64,000 bases of DNA. Source: Lama guanicoe (lineage: Eukaryota). Both the position numbers and the translations under genes were made by a program. The notes under the pieces are model-generated. The model was not told the origin of the DNA, made no database searches, and worked only from the letters and a program-made list of their open reading frames with translations. Location: the NCBI GenBank assembly GCA_013239625.1, contig MU054212.1, forward strand, positions 9,286,898 to 9,350,897, in the 5' to 3' direction. Positions 12,863 through 24,952 of this stretch are shown one piece after another (position 1 is the stretch's first letter; each line of letters starts with the position of its first letter).

Positions 12863-15215
12863 GCGGGGAGGAGGGTCCCCGGGGGTCTAGGCCGTCCGAA
12901 CTGCGAGTAGACTGTGAGGCCGAAGGCGTCGCCTCCGGGCCGTCAGGCAGCAGGGCTGGTGCAGCACCATTGAGCTTTGTTCTGTTCTCTGAGCTGGTCC
13001 CAGACAGGCTGGCCCAACATGCGTGTCGATTAGGAGATCATTGCCCTTGCTATAAGGTGCCAGGGTCCTTACTCAAGTGTTTACATGAGCTGCACACGAC
13101 AGTTACAGGACTAAAGCAAACGTGTGAACAGAACTGCTAAAGGAGCATCTTTCAGTGCCCACCCGTTTGTCTTCTGTGGTCATTGGGCCAGGCACGTACA
13201 CCTGAGGGCTCAAAGCTGTGACTCACAGATGCCTGTCCATGTTACCTCCTGGGGCTCAGGAAACGTGAGGTGCCCTCCTAGTGCAGCCTGGACTTCTTCC
13301 GGCAGAATTTTGCATCTTGGCTAAGAGGTCTCAGCAGTCCTTGTCAAGGATGAGAAATATTTCATCTTGTTTTCTGCCATTAAAATTGTTCTCTTTCTTT
13401 AACAAACACTGGAAGGAGTGTTTAAGGAACATAAAGGGTATTACGAACTAGTATTTTTATTGCTGCCCCATAGAACGAATTCCATTACTCAGTTCAATGC
13501 AATCTGCCTCCAGCCACGGCTCTGGAGCCAGACGTTTTGTCTGGATGAGTTAGAGACTCAGCCTGGAGCCCAGGGGGCCCGGGTGCGGGCGGGTGAGCTC
13601 GTGCAGCAGCAGCTGTAGACGGCCGGGTGGCTCTGGGACCCAGAGCTCGGCTTGGAAATACAGTAGTGTGTGGTGGCATGGTCTGGGGGTACCCCTCCCC
13701 ACAGAGCTCTGTGCCCCTGTAAAAACCCACGCTTACTGCCTGGGAATCTTCTCCAAGAACGTCCTCAAAGAGTTATAGCACTGAGCACAAAGTAGGTTCC
13801 CCATGAAGTATGTGTTGGTTGACCGCCTGATGGATTAGGTGTTGAACCCTTTAAAACTGCTGATTCCTGGGAGAGAAGAATGTATTTATTAAGAGACATT
13901 AGCCACTTTTATTTCGCCACAGGCATGGCGTTTTCAGATCCTTTACTCATGGCCTAAGTGGGGTTCTGCCCAGGGGAGGCATTGAATATGGGTGTTGCCT
14001 GCAGACACACGGGGTGGGGCCCTCGCCTCTGGGGAGGCCTCAGGGGACACAGGCCCCCTTGTCGTAGACCTGGTGTGGGGAACTGGGTCTGGCAAGGAAG
14101 GTGGGAAATCACCAAGGGGGAGCTTTGCTTTCTCCCCATTCTGATCCAGGGCCTTCCCTGGTGATCTCAGGGACTCCAGCTGTTTGAGGATTTAGGGTGG
14201 ATGGCAGATCTAGAATACATTTCTTCTGAAGATAGAACAAATGCCCAGAACTCTGTATGGCTGTCATGCAGAGTAGGCCAAACGCAATTTATCAGACAAG
14301 GAAAAAGTAATTAGGCAGCCTTTCAAGTGAAAGGACCAGTCTTGGAAGGGGCAGCTGCCTCACCATTCAGCCTTATCCAGCCTGTATTTTGACACTGAAA
14401 TTGATCGACGCTAAACAATGGAAAACCCATAATGTCGGGCTGCGCATAAGCCAATTCCAAGTCAGTTAAACATGAGTGTTCGTCCAGCTGCCAGCTGTAA
14501 ACCTCAGGGGGGTGGTTGGTCCTCCTTGAGCCTTGTGTGTTTCACAGAGAACATCCACCAAGTCACCGCAGACGTTTGGTGGTTTGCTCCTTGGCCTCCC
14601 GTCCACAAGGGGTCACCGGTTATTCTCTGTAGAGGCCCTCTGATGACTTAAGACAAAGACCCCAGTGCTTGTGGAGAGCTCACCCCGACGGCTCCCCCTT
14701 GCACTGGGCTCTGTTAACGCCTTGTTTGGTGGGGCCACGGGCTCTTTGGCATGGCCCTGCAGATCTGTGGGATTCTCTTACCTAATTTGTATCGCTGGCG
14801 CCTGCATTTTCCTGTGCTCTGTAGTTCCTTTTCCAGCTCTGATCCACCCTGTAGGCTGAGCTCTCAACCCGCCACTTGCATTTTGCAATTTGCACTATTT
14901 CTCAGACACCTCGTAAATGTGGACGTCTCCTCCCTTCTCCCCTCTTACGAGGCCCCCTCTCTACCTGGCTCTCCAGGTCGGCACCTTGTCATCCTCAGGT
15001 CAGCCTCTTGCAGCTCCTAGATTTTTCCTGCCCTGGCCACCGGCCAGCCAGCGCGCGTCAGCAGGAGCAGGACAGGGCCAGGTGTCCGGGGGCGCTGTGC
15101 CTGCTCCGGGAGGCCTCGGGGCAGGGGGGCCCGTGGACAGACTGCCGGATGCCTGGCTGCTAACACCGCCTTCTCTTCTCACCCCTTTGACTCTGATGTG
15201 CTGGCACCACTGCAG

Positions 15216-15298
15216 TGCGGAGGACCCTGAAGAGCGGCCTGACTCCGGAGGAAGCCCGGGCCCTGGGCCTGGTGGGCACCTCGGAGCTGCAGCTGTGA
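15216..15298 (+). CDS. FHOD3: FHOD3 last coding exon
   Basis: Acceptor ccactgcag|. C from the previous exon + TG gives Leu, then RRTLKSGLTPEEARALGLVGTSELQL and TGA at 15296-15298. Confidence 0.96.
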
Positions 15299-15422
15299 CC
15301 CCCGGGTGCCTGAGGCGTGTGCCCACCTGGACTGCAAGCTCCTGCTGGAAGGAACCCCTCCGGTGGGAGGTGAGGAGACTCTGCATGAACACCTGAGGTT
15401 CTGAAAGTCACGCCCGTGTCTG

Positions 15423-15481
15423 GGTGTCACCATGTGGCTGGTGTCACCGTGTGGCTGGTGTCACCACATGGCTGGTGTCGC
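15423..15481 (+). repeat. 17-bp minisatellite (about 3.5 units) in the FHOD3 3' UTR
   Basis: ggtgtcac-catgtggct / ggtgtcac-cgtgtggct / ggtgtcac-cacatggct / ggtgtcgc. Confidence 0.9.
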
Positions 15482-15830
15482 TTGCTGGGCCCTGACATGG
15501 ACCTTGGAGTCTCCTTCATGCCCTTTCTTCATCGTGTCAGCTGTGTTTCTCTTGTTTCCTTGACACCTGGTTTAGTAGTTCCAAAGCGTGACACCTTTTC
15601 TGTGCAGGGAACAGCCCCTTTAAGGAGCAGGTCACTTTTGTCACAGCTACTGTGGTCATGAGGCAGTTTGTTTACGTTCACAGACGGGGGCTCTCCACAA
15701 CACCAAACTATCCAGATGTAAACTCCCAAATTGTACACAAAGGAAAGCACAGATTGTTTACCAGTTGTGGATTTTAGATGTACTAAATGTTTATACAAAT
15801 TCATAAATGTACACCATATTTCAGATACTA

Positions 15831-15836
15831 AATAAA
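15831..15836 (+). terminator. FHOD3: FHOD3 polyadenylation signal AATAAA
   Basis: AATAAA about 530 nt after the stop codon, with several TGTA motifs upstream and a pyrimidine-rich stretch downstream. Confidence 0.75.
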
Positions 15837-17770
15837 CAGAGTTTAATGCCGTAACTGAAACTTTCATTCTCCTGGTGTAGGACCTGAAACAGCCCCACAG
15901 GCTCGCCTCCCGAATCAGCAAAACCTCTTCTCGGGTTCATCAGGACCCTGGCTCGGAATGGCCTCCAGGCCCTTTGGCTTTCCTTTTTTTTTTTTTTGGT
16001 TAATAGAGTGAGAAGCCCTGACTGTGCTCTTTGTAATTCCTGATTAATTAGGCATCCGGCTGTGTGGCAGGGCACCTTAAGAATAACCCCATGGATATCG
16101 CCCTCCCCACGTGCTTCGTCTTGCTCCTTGTGATGCTGAAGCTACAGTTACAGTGGCGTTTTAAAAACTGGAACTCTGCTGTAGCTCACTCACTTGCCTC
16201 TTATGTAAAAATTCTTTTTTTCCCCCCAAATTGACTAAGTCACGGAAACAAAGTGGAATTGTGAAGTTTTGCCTACAGAGAACTTCAGGATGGCAGGTGC
16301 GGCCCTTGGCCCTCAGATGCAGGTCAGCAGAAGCTCGGGTGTCCCGAGCGGAAGGCGCCCTGGAGGGTGGCGGCAGCCGCAGGGCCGCGCCGCGGGGACG
16401 GATGCCCGGGTGGTGGCCTCAGCCCAGTGGCACAGCTCCCCGGGAAGAAGCCCTGCCTCGAAAAACAGGGAAAGCTCAACCCCTGCAGCAGGTGTGGGGC
16501 GGGGGGGGGTGTCAAAAGGGCATCAGGTCACCAAGTCTGTCTCTGCCTTCCTTTCAGAACCTCTGTGTTCTCTGCATTCCGGAATCTGGGTGGATGTGAT
16601 TTAGAGACAGGATGCAGGCATGTAGTCTGAAGAGCCAAAGATAATATATTCCCCCCCCTCTCCGCCTCCCTTCTGTGTCACCACTCACTGGGAGACAGGC
16701 AGCGCCTTCAAACAGGCATTTGTCAAATAATACATGATGTGAGCACCCGGCAGATCCTGGAGCCTGGAAGAGTTAGGTCTGTATGTTATAGACAATTGAG
16801 TTTATTTAATCACTTTATTCAAAAGGGTGCACAGGATATTAACATTTTTTTCCTAAATAACATGTGTAGTAGCCCGCACGTGGTTTAGTGGTTTGTGAGA
16901 GACTCGGACTGAATACAACGTGGAATATCTGTATCACTGGGGATCGGGATGTGCAAATAAAAGGAAGATGCGTTTTTTCCACACCAAATGGTGAACAGAT
17001 ACTTTGATGCTCTTCCAGGGGCCCCCTGGTGTTCTGCTGAGACTTATTGCTTTAGAATAAAAGGTCACATTTGGAAGGAAGTGACTGAGTAAATCTAATG
17101 TTAATTTTATTTTAAGGATTAAAAAAATTCTCCGAGGAAGCAAACAAGGTCAATATATTTCTTGGTTACATGTAGGTAAAGGGTCTCTTTGTATTGAGGA
17201 TTGGTTTAGTGGTTTTTGGTGAATCTGAAGGATTTTTTTTCTGTTGCTCATTTCCTCTCTCCTTGTCACTGCTCATTCTGGGTGCCTCTGTTAGTGTTTT
17301 TGTTAATTGAGGAAGATAAATTTCTCTAAGAGATCTTTGAGAAGCCATCAAAGTGAATGGCGCCTCACACTTGTGAGATGCTGTCGCTAACTGTGCTGGT
17401 CATCACCATAGTATCCTCATGCCTAATTCTTAGTTCTGGTTGAAATGACAAAACTGCTGGTCGAGAAAGGCAAATACTTTCCTGTTAAAGATGACTGGGT
17501 TTTGGTTTCTTTGGAGTCTTAAGGTTTTTTTTTTCCTTTCTATTTAAAAAATAACCTCCTGAGTGATTTTTAGGGATGGAGAGGAGGGTGCACAGGGCCT
17601 CGGAGGGCTGGAGACTCAGTTTGGTCTTCTCCCAAGTCCATCACAACACAGCACGTGGAGGAGGAGCAGGGGCTGGGAGTCAGGAGACCTGGTTGCCAGG
17701 CTTTTAGCAGCCTCGTCGTCATCCACAGCTCCCACGTCCACCACCTGTCCTCATGGCCCCTGACGGCCAC

Positions 17771-18227
17771 TGTAGACGCTTGAATGATGTCACCCAAAGG
17801 TATCAAGTCCAAATCACCGGAACCCGTGAGTGTGACTTTATAAGGAGGGATCATTGCGGATGTGAATATATTAAGGATCTAGACTTGGGGAGGCTATCCT
17901 GGATTATCTAACTGTCCCCTAAAGCCAATCATAAGTGTTCTTATAAGACAGAAGCAGAGGGAGATTTGATATACGCAAAAGAAGAGGTGTTGGGAAGACA
18001 GAGACAGGGATTGGAGTGATGTGGCCACAAGCCAAGGAATGCCTGTAGCCACCAGAAACTGGGAAGAGGCAAGGAACAAACTCCCTGTTAGAGTCTCTGC
18101 AGAGAGCATGGCCCCTTGAAACTGATATTGAACTTGTGGTGTCTCAAGCTATAGGAGCGTAAGTTTCTGTTGTTTTAAGCCACTAAGTTTTGGTAATTTG
18201 TTACGGCAGCCGTATAGAATTAATACA
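17771..18227 (+). mobile_element. MaLR MLT1 (C/D-like) solo LTR
   Basis: TG...CA ends (tgtag ... taataca), typical internal motifs (gccacaagccaaggaatgcc, tgttgttttaagccactaagtt) and 5-bp flanks gccac/accac. Confidence 0.85.
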
Positions 18228-19418
18228 ACCACTGATCACAGATGTGCACTGAGGGCTTGTTATGGAGGTGGCCCTGTGCCAGGGGCTGGGGTTCAGCTGG
18301 GAAAGGAGGAGTCATGACCCACCCCCTACCCACACGAAGGGGGCTCACCTGGGGCCATGAGAGGTAGTCATCAATGGGAGGTACAATTTAGTTCAGTCAC
18401 CCACTCTGCAGCTGTTTATGCATTCTACCAGATCGATACAAATAAAAACACCTAGTTGCCTAGGATAAGGGATGAAATGTCTTTGCAGCTGCAGTGAACG
18501 TATGCAATATTAAAATGCCCCATCGATTCTGGCAGAGAAGGCAGTCTTCGACGGACTCATCAGTTTGGTCTGCAGTCCTGGAGGTCTGGTTGTGCATGTG
18601 GTGGCAGCACTGTCAGAACTCCTTTTGTGATAACCACGCACCCGTTTCACATCAATAATTAATAACTGGCCGTCCATCCGCCGACTCACCCATCCATCTA
18701 CCCATCTGTCCGTCTATATCCAGCACAAGTAGGAAAGGTCCAGAAGCTCAAAAGCATCTTTTGTGACTTTATGAAGGAGTGATTCCCACTCTGATTGGTG
18801 AAGGGATATGGTGAGAGGCCATTCAGACTGCTGATTATCAGCTGAGGGAGGGCCGAGCCAAAATTTATGTTCTCCTGCTGAGCACTATCTAATTGTTGTC
18901 TTTAAAAATAATTTTTGCTTAAGAAGATTCACCCTTAGAAGTGCAAATTTGTGACTTGGCGAATTTGTAGTTCGAACATCATTTCAGCTATCGACATAGT
19001 GGAAATTGTTCCTAACTACTGGATTAGTGATGATTTGTTTCCAGCATGTTTTCCCATTAAAAGTAGAGCATTATATGTACAGGAAGCTGCACAACTAGAA
19101 GGAACACCTGATGATGAAAAATAGCACATTCTGCCCGGGACGCCGCAGGCCCCTTGTGCAGGATCGGCGTGTGCCGGACCACTGCCCCTTCAGAGCTCGA
19201 TGCGGCAGCTTCCTCGCTTGTGGCCGGTGGGGCAGGAAGAGGTCTGCATGCCAGGTCTCCTGTTTGCAGAGACTCAGACACACATCCTCATCTCCCATGG
19301 GAGGGGCTCGTCGGTCAGTTTCTATTTAACACATTTGCTTCTATTTTAATATAATTTGTAAGTTATCTGATTCAGGTGAAAACAGGAAGAAATTGGTCAA
19401 ATATCTTTCAATACTCCA

Positions 19419-19960
19419 GGGGAGTGGCCAAAATGATGGAAGAGGAAGACCCTGAGCTCACCACCCGCCATGGGCACACCAAAGTTACAACTATTTAGAG
19501 GGCAACTATTGATGAGAATAACAGGAAAGATCTACACCAGGAACACGGTGTTGTAGGCCCATTACACTGCAAAACAAGCGAACCCAACAGACAAAGAGAT
19601 CAGATTTGTGGTTACCAGAGACGGTGAGTAGGGGAAGGGGGAACTGGATGAAGGCAGTCAAAAGGCACAAACTTCCAGTTAGAAGATAAATTAGTAGGGA
19701 TGTACAGAATAAATGAGCACTTTGTTTTTCATGAAAGTTGTTAAAAGAGTAAATCTTGAGCGTTCTCATCACAAGAAAACAAAACTTTTTTCTAGTTCTC
19801 TAATTTCCCATCTATATGAGATGATAGATGTTTGCTAAACGTATTGTGGTCATCATTTCATGATGTATTTAAGTCAAATCATTAGGCTGTACACCTTGAA
19901 TGTAAATATACAGGGCTGTATGTCGACTATATCTCAATAAACCTGGAAGAAAAATAAAAG
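19419..19960 (+). mobile_element. short L1 derivative with a 5' end joined to a 3' UTR, flanked by a TSD
   Basis: Begins gggg..ggaagaccctgagctcacc (L1 5' terminus) and ends tatatctcaataaa plus an A-rich tail. Flanked by atactcca at 19411-19418 and 19961-19968. Confidence 0.75.
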
Positions 19961-21934
19961 ATACTCCACAGCCAGCCAGCACAGCATGTTAGAGACAGGG
20001 CATTAAATCCACCACCAGGTAGGCAGAGCACCTTCTGTTCCTGTGTGTCAGCAGCGGGTTTTCTTGGACTGTGAGAGGTCCCTGCAGTACTTGGACGATT
20101 CAGCTGGCTTAGCTAAGCAGAGGCTCTGGCTTTTGCTCTTTCAGAACATAAACCAGAAAGCTCATTTTCCTTCAGAGAGAATCCTTGCCCATAATGGCAT
20201 CTGTTTAGAAATGCTTTTAACCTTGCACTGCTCTCTGGGAGGGGGTTCCGCTGGGGGATGGCCAGATTCTTCTGGGCAGGGCAGTGGGCAAGGAAATGGA
20301 AGCAGTCACCCTTTCCAAAAACACATTTGCACAGGGTAGCCAATGGAATAATTATATTTTTTTAAACCCCAAGTTTCAAGTAAGGATTTAAGATGTAGCT
20401 ATACGGAAAGAGATGGTTGCCTGGGGGAACTTTTGTAGCTGCTCCATCCAGTCCCTGGAAAAAAAAAGTGTCCTTGTGGTATGCTGATTGAGACAAGGTC
20501 ATTTTGACTGGAACTCAGCACACAGCAGCTGGTGGTAGACCTGGCTACATAATTAGAGCCATGCAGTCAGCATCAGTGCGTTTCTTGGCTCAGAAGATGG
20601 GACATTCAGACTGGAAGTGACGAGGGAATAAAGGAATCTGTTCCCAGCACAACCCATCCTGAGAAGTGCAGTCTCAATGGAAGGAAATGGGTTCTAGTGT
20701 CGCAGTCCATCTGGAAGTGGTGTGAAGAAAAAACTTGTCTCTCTTTGGAAGAAAAACTTGTCCTGAAATTCGTAAAGGCTGTCGTAATCCAAACAATTTC
20801 CTAAATCAGCATGTGTAGATAGAAGTTCACCTTTGGGTTAAATTAAACTTTACAAGCTTGTGTTTATAAAAAAAAAAGTTGTCAGATTCATTTTTTAGTT
20901 GATCTTGTGCTTGACTGAATTCTTCCTTCTAGTAATACTATAATACTGAAAGTGATTTCCCATTTTTTTTTAAATGGCCTAAAACACGATTTGTGAAGAT
21001 AGTAATTGAGGCCACAGCAGTCTGTTTTAGAACCAACTGTTTGAAGAAAAATAGTTTTCTGTATTCTGGAATCCCAACACTCTGTCTAGAACCCGGGTGG
21101 CCAGGGTCTAGTGCCGCCTGGAACCACCAGGCACTGAAACACAGATCCTCAAGTGCAGTCTTATCTCCAGCTCTATCCCAAGGGGCTGACCTTATTTAAA
21201 AATAAAGTTTAAAGGTATAAAACTGGGAACTGGATCCTTGGTAAAGGTCAGATGTTTTTCCAGAGGTTTAATTTTGTCCTTAATAGTCTATCCCTCACTT
21301 TGCAGCTTTTGGTTGAGGGTAAGGACTCTCCCAGTGTTGGAGCTGAACGATTCTGAGGGTGGTTTGTGTCCCTGGTTGCTGTCCATGGTATTCTTTGCCA
21401 GTCTTCATGCTGTGAAGGAAGAAAAAGGTAACTGAGCGCCAGAGGAGCAGGTGCTTCGAGAAATGTCATTTCTTGAGTGATTACTTGTGAGCTCAGGAGC
21501 TGTTCTCATAACCCGGCCCACCTGCTTCCTGGGAAGGCTGAGAAGATGAACTGCTTTCAGATGCAGAAAACCTGCTCCTCCGTTTCTCTCAGCTTTCCAC
21601 GTGGGAGACTGTGCAGAAGCCTAGGGGTCGAGCTGCTCCGGGGCCTCTGGGTGCAATGTGGGGCAAAGCCCAGAAGCCAGGGAGCCCCATGCTGCAGCCA
21701 GGACAACGGGTCCTTTTCTAAGGTAGGTGATGGCATCCTGACTCATCCCTCGCTTTCCCTGTGAACCTGGGATTGTACAAAGAATATTTAAAATATGAAA
21801 GAATTCTGTGTCTTCGAAAAGTATCTTAAATTGGATAAATGTCCCTGTCCTTTGTTGAGTACATAGCATGTTATAAAAGGGCTTTGCAGCAGAGTTATTC
21901 TGAGAATTGTAAAAACAAGCATGTGTGGTCTAAG

Positions 21935-22112
21935 ACAGGGCTGCCCAATAGGACATTCTGGGATGATGGAAATGTTCTGTATGTGCCCTCTTTGACATGG
22001 TCGTCACTAGACACGTGATGATGGAACACTTGAAATGTGACTAGAGACGGAGAATTTTTACTTCAGTTTAATGGCTACCTGTGTTAGCCACTACTGTACT
22101 GGGTATTACAGG
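21935..22112. mobile_element. MER3-like hAT-Charlie element
   Basis: Contains ccaataggacattctgggatgatggaaatgttct...cacttgaaatgtgactag. Confidence 0.65.
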
Positions 22113-23039
22113 GCTGAGAGAACACTCGGTATATACTTCATTGCTGTTTATTCATTTTACACGAAGGAGGTTTTTGTGTGAAATTCAATTGTGCATAGAA
22201 TTGCCTTGGACTGCCATTCTGTCAAGAACTTAAAGACAGTGTCTAAGAAGCTGTGTCCACTGCCTTCCCACACTGTGTTCTGAGCCTCGGCAATTCTTAT
22301 CCTCAGTGGAGAAATCTGTTCCCTGCCATGAAGTAGGCATCCTTCTCTCCCAGCGCATCCCACCGAGAAGATGCGCTCTCTCTTCAGCAGTCCACATCAA
22401 GCCTGTGTGCATGACCGGGGATGCACGCCATGGGGAGCACACCCCTCCAATAGCTAAACCCACCCTGTAATAAAGATTGTACAGAGCACCACTTCGGTTC
22501 TTGTGTTGTTTTTTCAACCATGGTCCTCACTGCTGCATTTCACCCTCATCATCTGGGAGGCCTGCATTCAACAGATTTTATCCACATGAGACGAACTGGT
22601 TGGATGTTGACAGACGTGCAGTTAGAAGCTTGCACTCATTCCGAGTGCTGCATTTACCAAGGTGGGTACTGGGCAAGGCCTGGGCGCTACATGCTGTAAG
22701 AAACGCAAGGATGTGTAACCACAGAGGTCTCATTTCTCAAACCACAAGTAGAGGGGCATTGTCTGCTAAAAGATTTGAGTCACAGCCAGTGAGTGGCAGG
22801 AGGGAGTCTGAGAGGCTGTTTGGATGCCAAAACATCAGAATATCAGCAACATAGTTCATTTGAACAGGGCCTTCCAAGAGAGGTGGTCTCTGAGCTGAAC
22901 TAAGATGTCCTGAGAATTTGCATAAACATTTAAACAGCATTTTCACAACTTTTTTCATTACTGGTTGTCCGTTCTATTGGTCTATCCTGGACTTCAGTAT
23001 GAGGCAGCTCCTGATTTAGCACAAAATTATGAATTAATT

Positions 23040-23410
23040 TTATTTTTATTGAAGTATAGTCAGTTTACAATGTTGTGTCAATTCCTGGTGTACAGCACAG
23101 TGCTTCATATAGGAACATACATATATTCACCTTCATGTTCTTTTTCACCATAGGTTACTACAAGATATTGAATATAGTTCCCTGTGCTGTACAGTATAAA
23201 CTTGTTTATCTTTTTCCGTGTATTAGTATCTGCAAATCTAGAACCCCCAATTTATCCCTTCCCATCCCCTTCACCCCTGCTAACCATAAGTTTGTTTTCT
23301 GTCTGAGTCTGTTTCTGTTTTGTAAATAAGTTTGTCTTTTTTAGATTCCACATAAATGATCTCATATGGTATTTTTCTTTCTGTTTCTGGCTTCCTTCAC
23401 TTAGGATGAC
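23040..23410 (-). mobile_element. 5'-truncated camelid/artiodactyl L1
   Basis: Contains ttattgaagtatagtcagtttacaatgttgtg...ttagattccacataaatgat. Flanked by aattaatt at 23032-23039 and 23411-23418. Confidence 0.85.
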
Positions 23411-24793
23411 AATTAATTGATTTTAAGTTTAATCTACTAATATTTCATGTGGTTCCACACTAAGCAGCATGGCTTGCCGGAGTAGCACAAAGCCCCCATC
23501 TCAACCACCACTGAGGGAGGACACAGAGGAAGCAAGGCAAGATGACCAAAAGGTGAGTGGTGCTGGCGTGAAGCAGTGTCCCACAGAGGGCTCTCCTCGT
23601 GGACTCACTTCTCGGAGAGCTCTGAGGTGGAGGCCCACTGGAGCTGGACCTTGGGGAGAAGACGTGGGACAGCTGGCCAGCATTGGCAGGTAGGAAGCTA
23701 TAGGTAAGATGTCACAGGAGAACCACACTGGTATTTTGTTAGGAAAGGTGAGTGGATCAGGTGGCTCATGTAGAAAGCTAATGGCTGTGAAGAAAGGCTG
23801 CAGTCATATTATAAAGAAGGGAAAAAGAAGGGACCAGCTTTTGAGTTCTCACTTAAGTATTTAATGGATCACAATAACTCAGCTGTTTTGTTCACCAGAG
23901 AATGCTTGGCAGGAAAAACAGAATCTGGTCTGGGTTGGCTTAAGCCAAAGGAAATCCATCCCAAGATCCCAGTTTGGACTGTGTACTCAGCCAGTGCACA
24001 GCCAGCTGCAGTCAAGGAGGCAGAGCTGCAGGACACAAATGCGGCTGCCAGGGGCCTCATGTATGTAAGTGGCAACTGCATTTGAACAGAAGAAAGTTAA
24101 GAATATACATTGTAATCCCTAGAGCAACTGCTAAAATATAATGCAAATAAGTATAACTTAAAAACCAATAGATAAGTTAAAATGGAATTATTTAACAATT
24201 AAAATTAGAGGGGTAAAGAATAAGTGTAGGGATAAAATACGACTGGTCCTAGGTTGGTCATTGTCGAAACTGGGCGACAGATCCATGGGGATTCATTGTA
24301 CTGTCTTCCCAAATGTTTAAAATTCTCCATAATAAAAAGTTTTTAAAAATAGATGTATTCAGGCAGAAACTAAAAAGGTCCCTTGGTTCTTCTGCTGCAG
24401 TCATTGTACATGCTTCACGGGAGGAGAAACAGGTTTTGCGCTCTTCTCCACGCAGTGAGAGCAAAACCACCCAGCCCCAAGAAGTAGGAAGCCTGAGACT
24501 CAGTGAACATTGTCGTCATCACTGTGGTTGACTGAAAGTCCCGATGCCTGGAATCTTCCCTTGCAATTTTGATTTAGGAGATCTGGGCTGAGATCTGCGT
24601 ATCTTATTTCCTACGCACAACTCCAGCGACATTGACGTACGTTCAAGTTTGGGAAGCACCACTTGAAGGGATTGTCTGTGGATCAGCACACAGGCTGCCC
24701 CTCGGTTTGGGTGCCCCGCTGCAGTAGGCTGTGAGCAGCAGGATGACGGGGCACAATCTCAGCTACAGCCTTGCGTCACGAGGCTTTCTGCCA

Positions 24794-24799
24794 TTTATT
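24794..24799 (-). terminator. TPGS2: candidate TPGS2 poly(A) signal
   Basis: AATAAA on the - strand about 2.45 kb past the TPGS2 stop. No transcript evidence. Confidence 0.35.
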
Positions 24800-24952
24800 C
24801 TTGTTCTGTAGTTCCAGCAGTGCCTCTTTCTTGGGCAGCTGAGTTATATAAAGTCTATTGCCATTTTAATCACTTTAGTTTCAAAACATTACTATCCTGG
24901 TGAGTTTCCCCCCATGTAACCCACTCAACCTACATACTGTCTGAAGTCTCAC

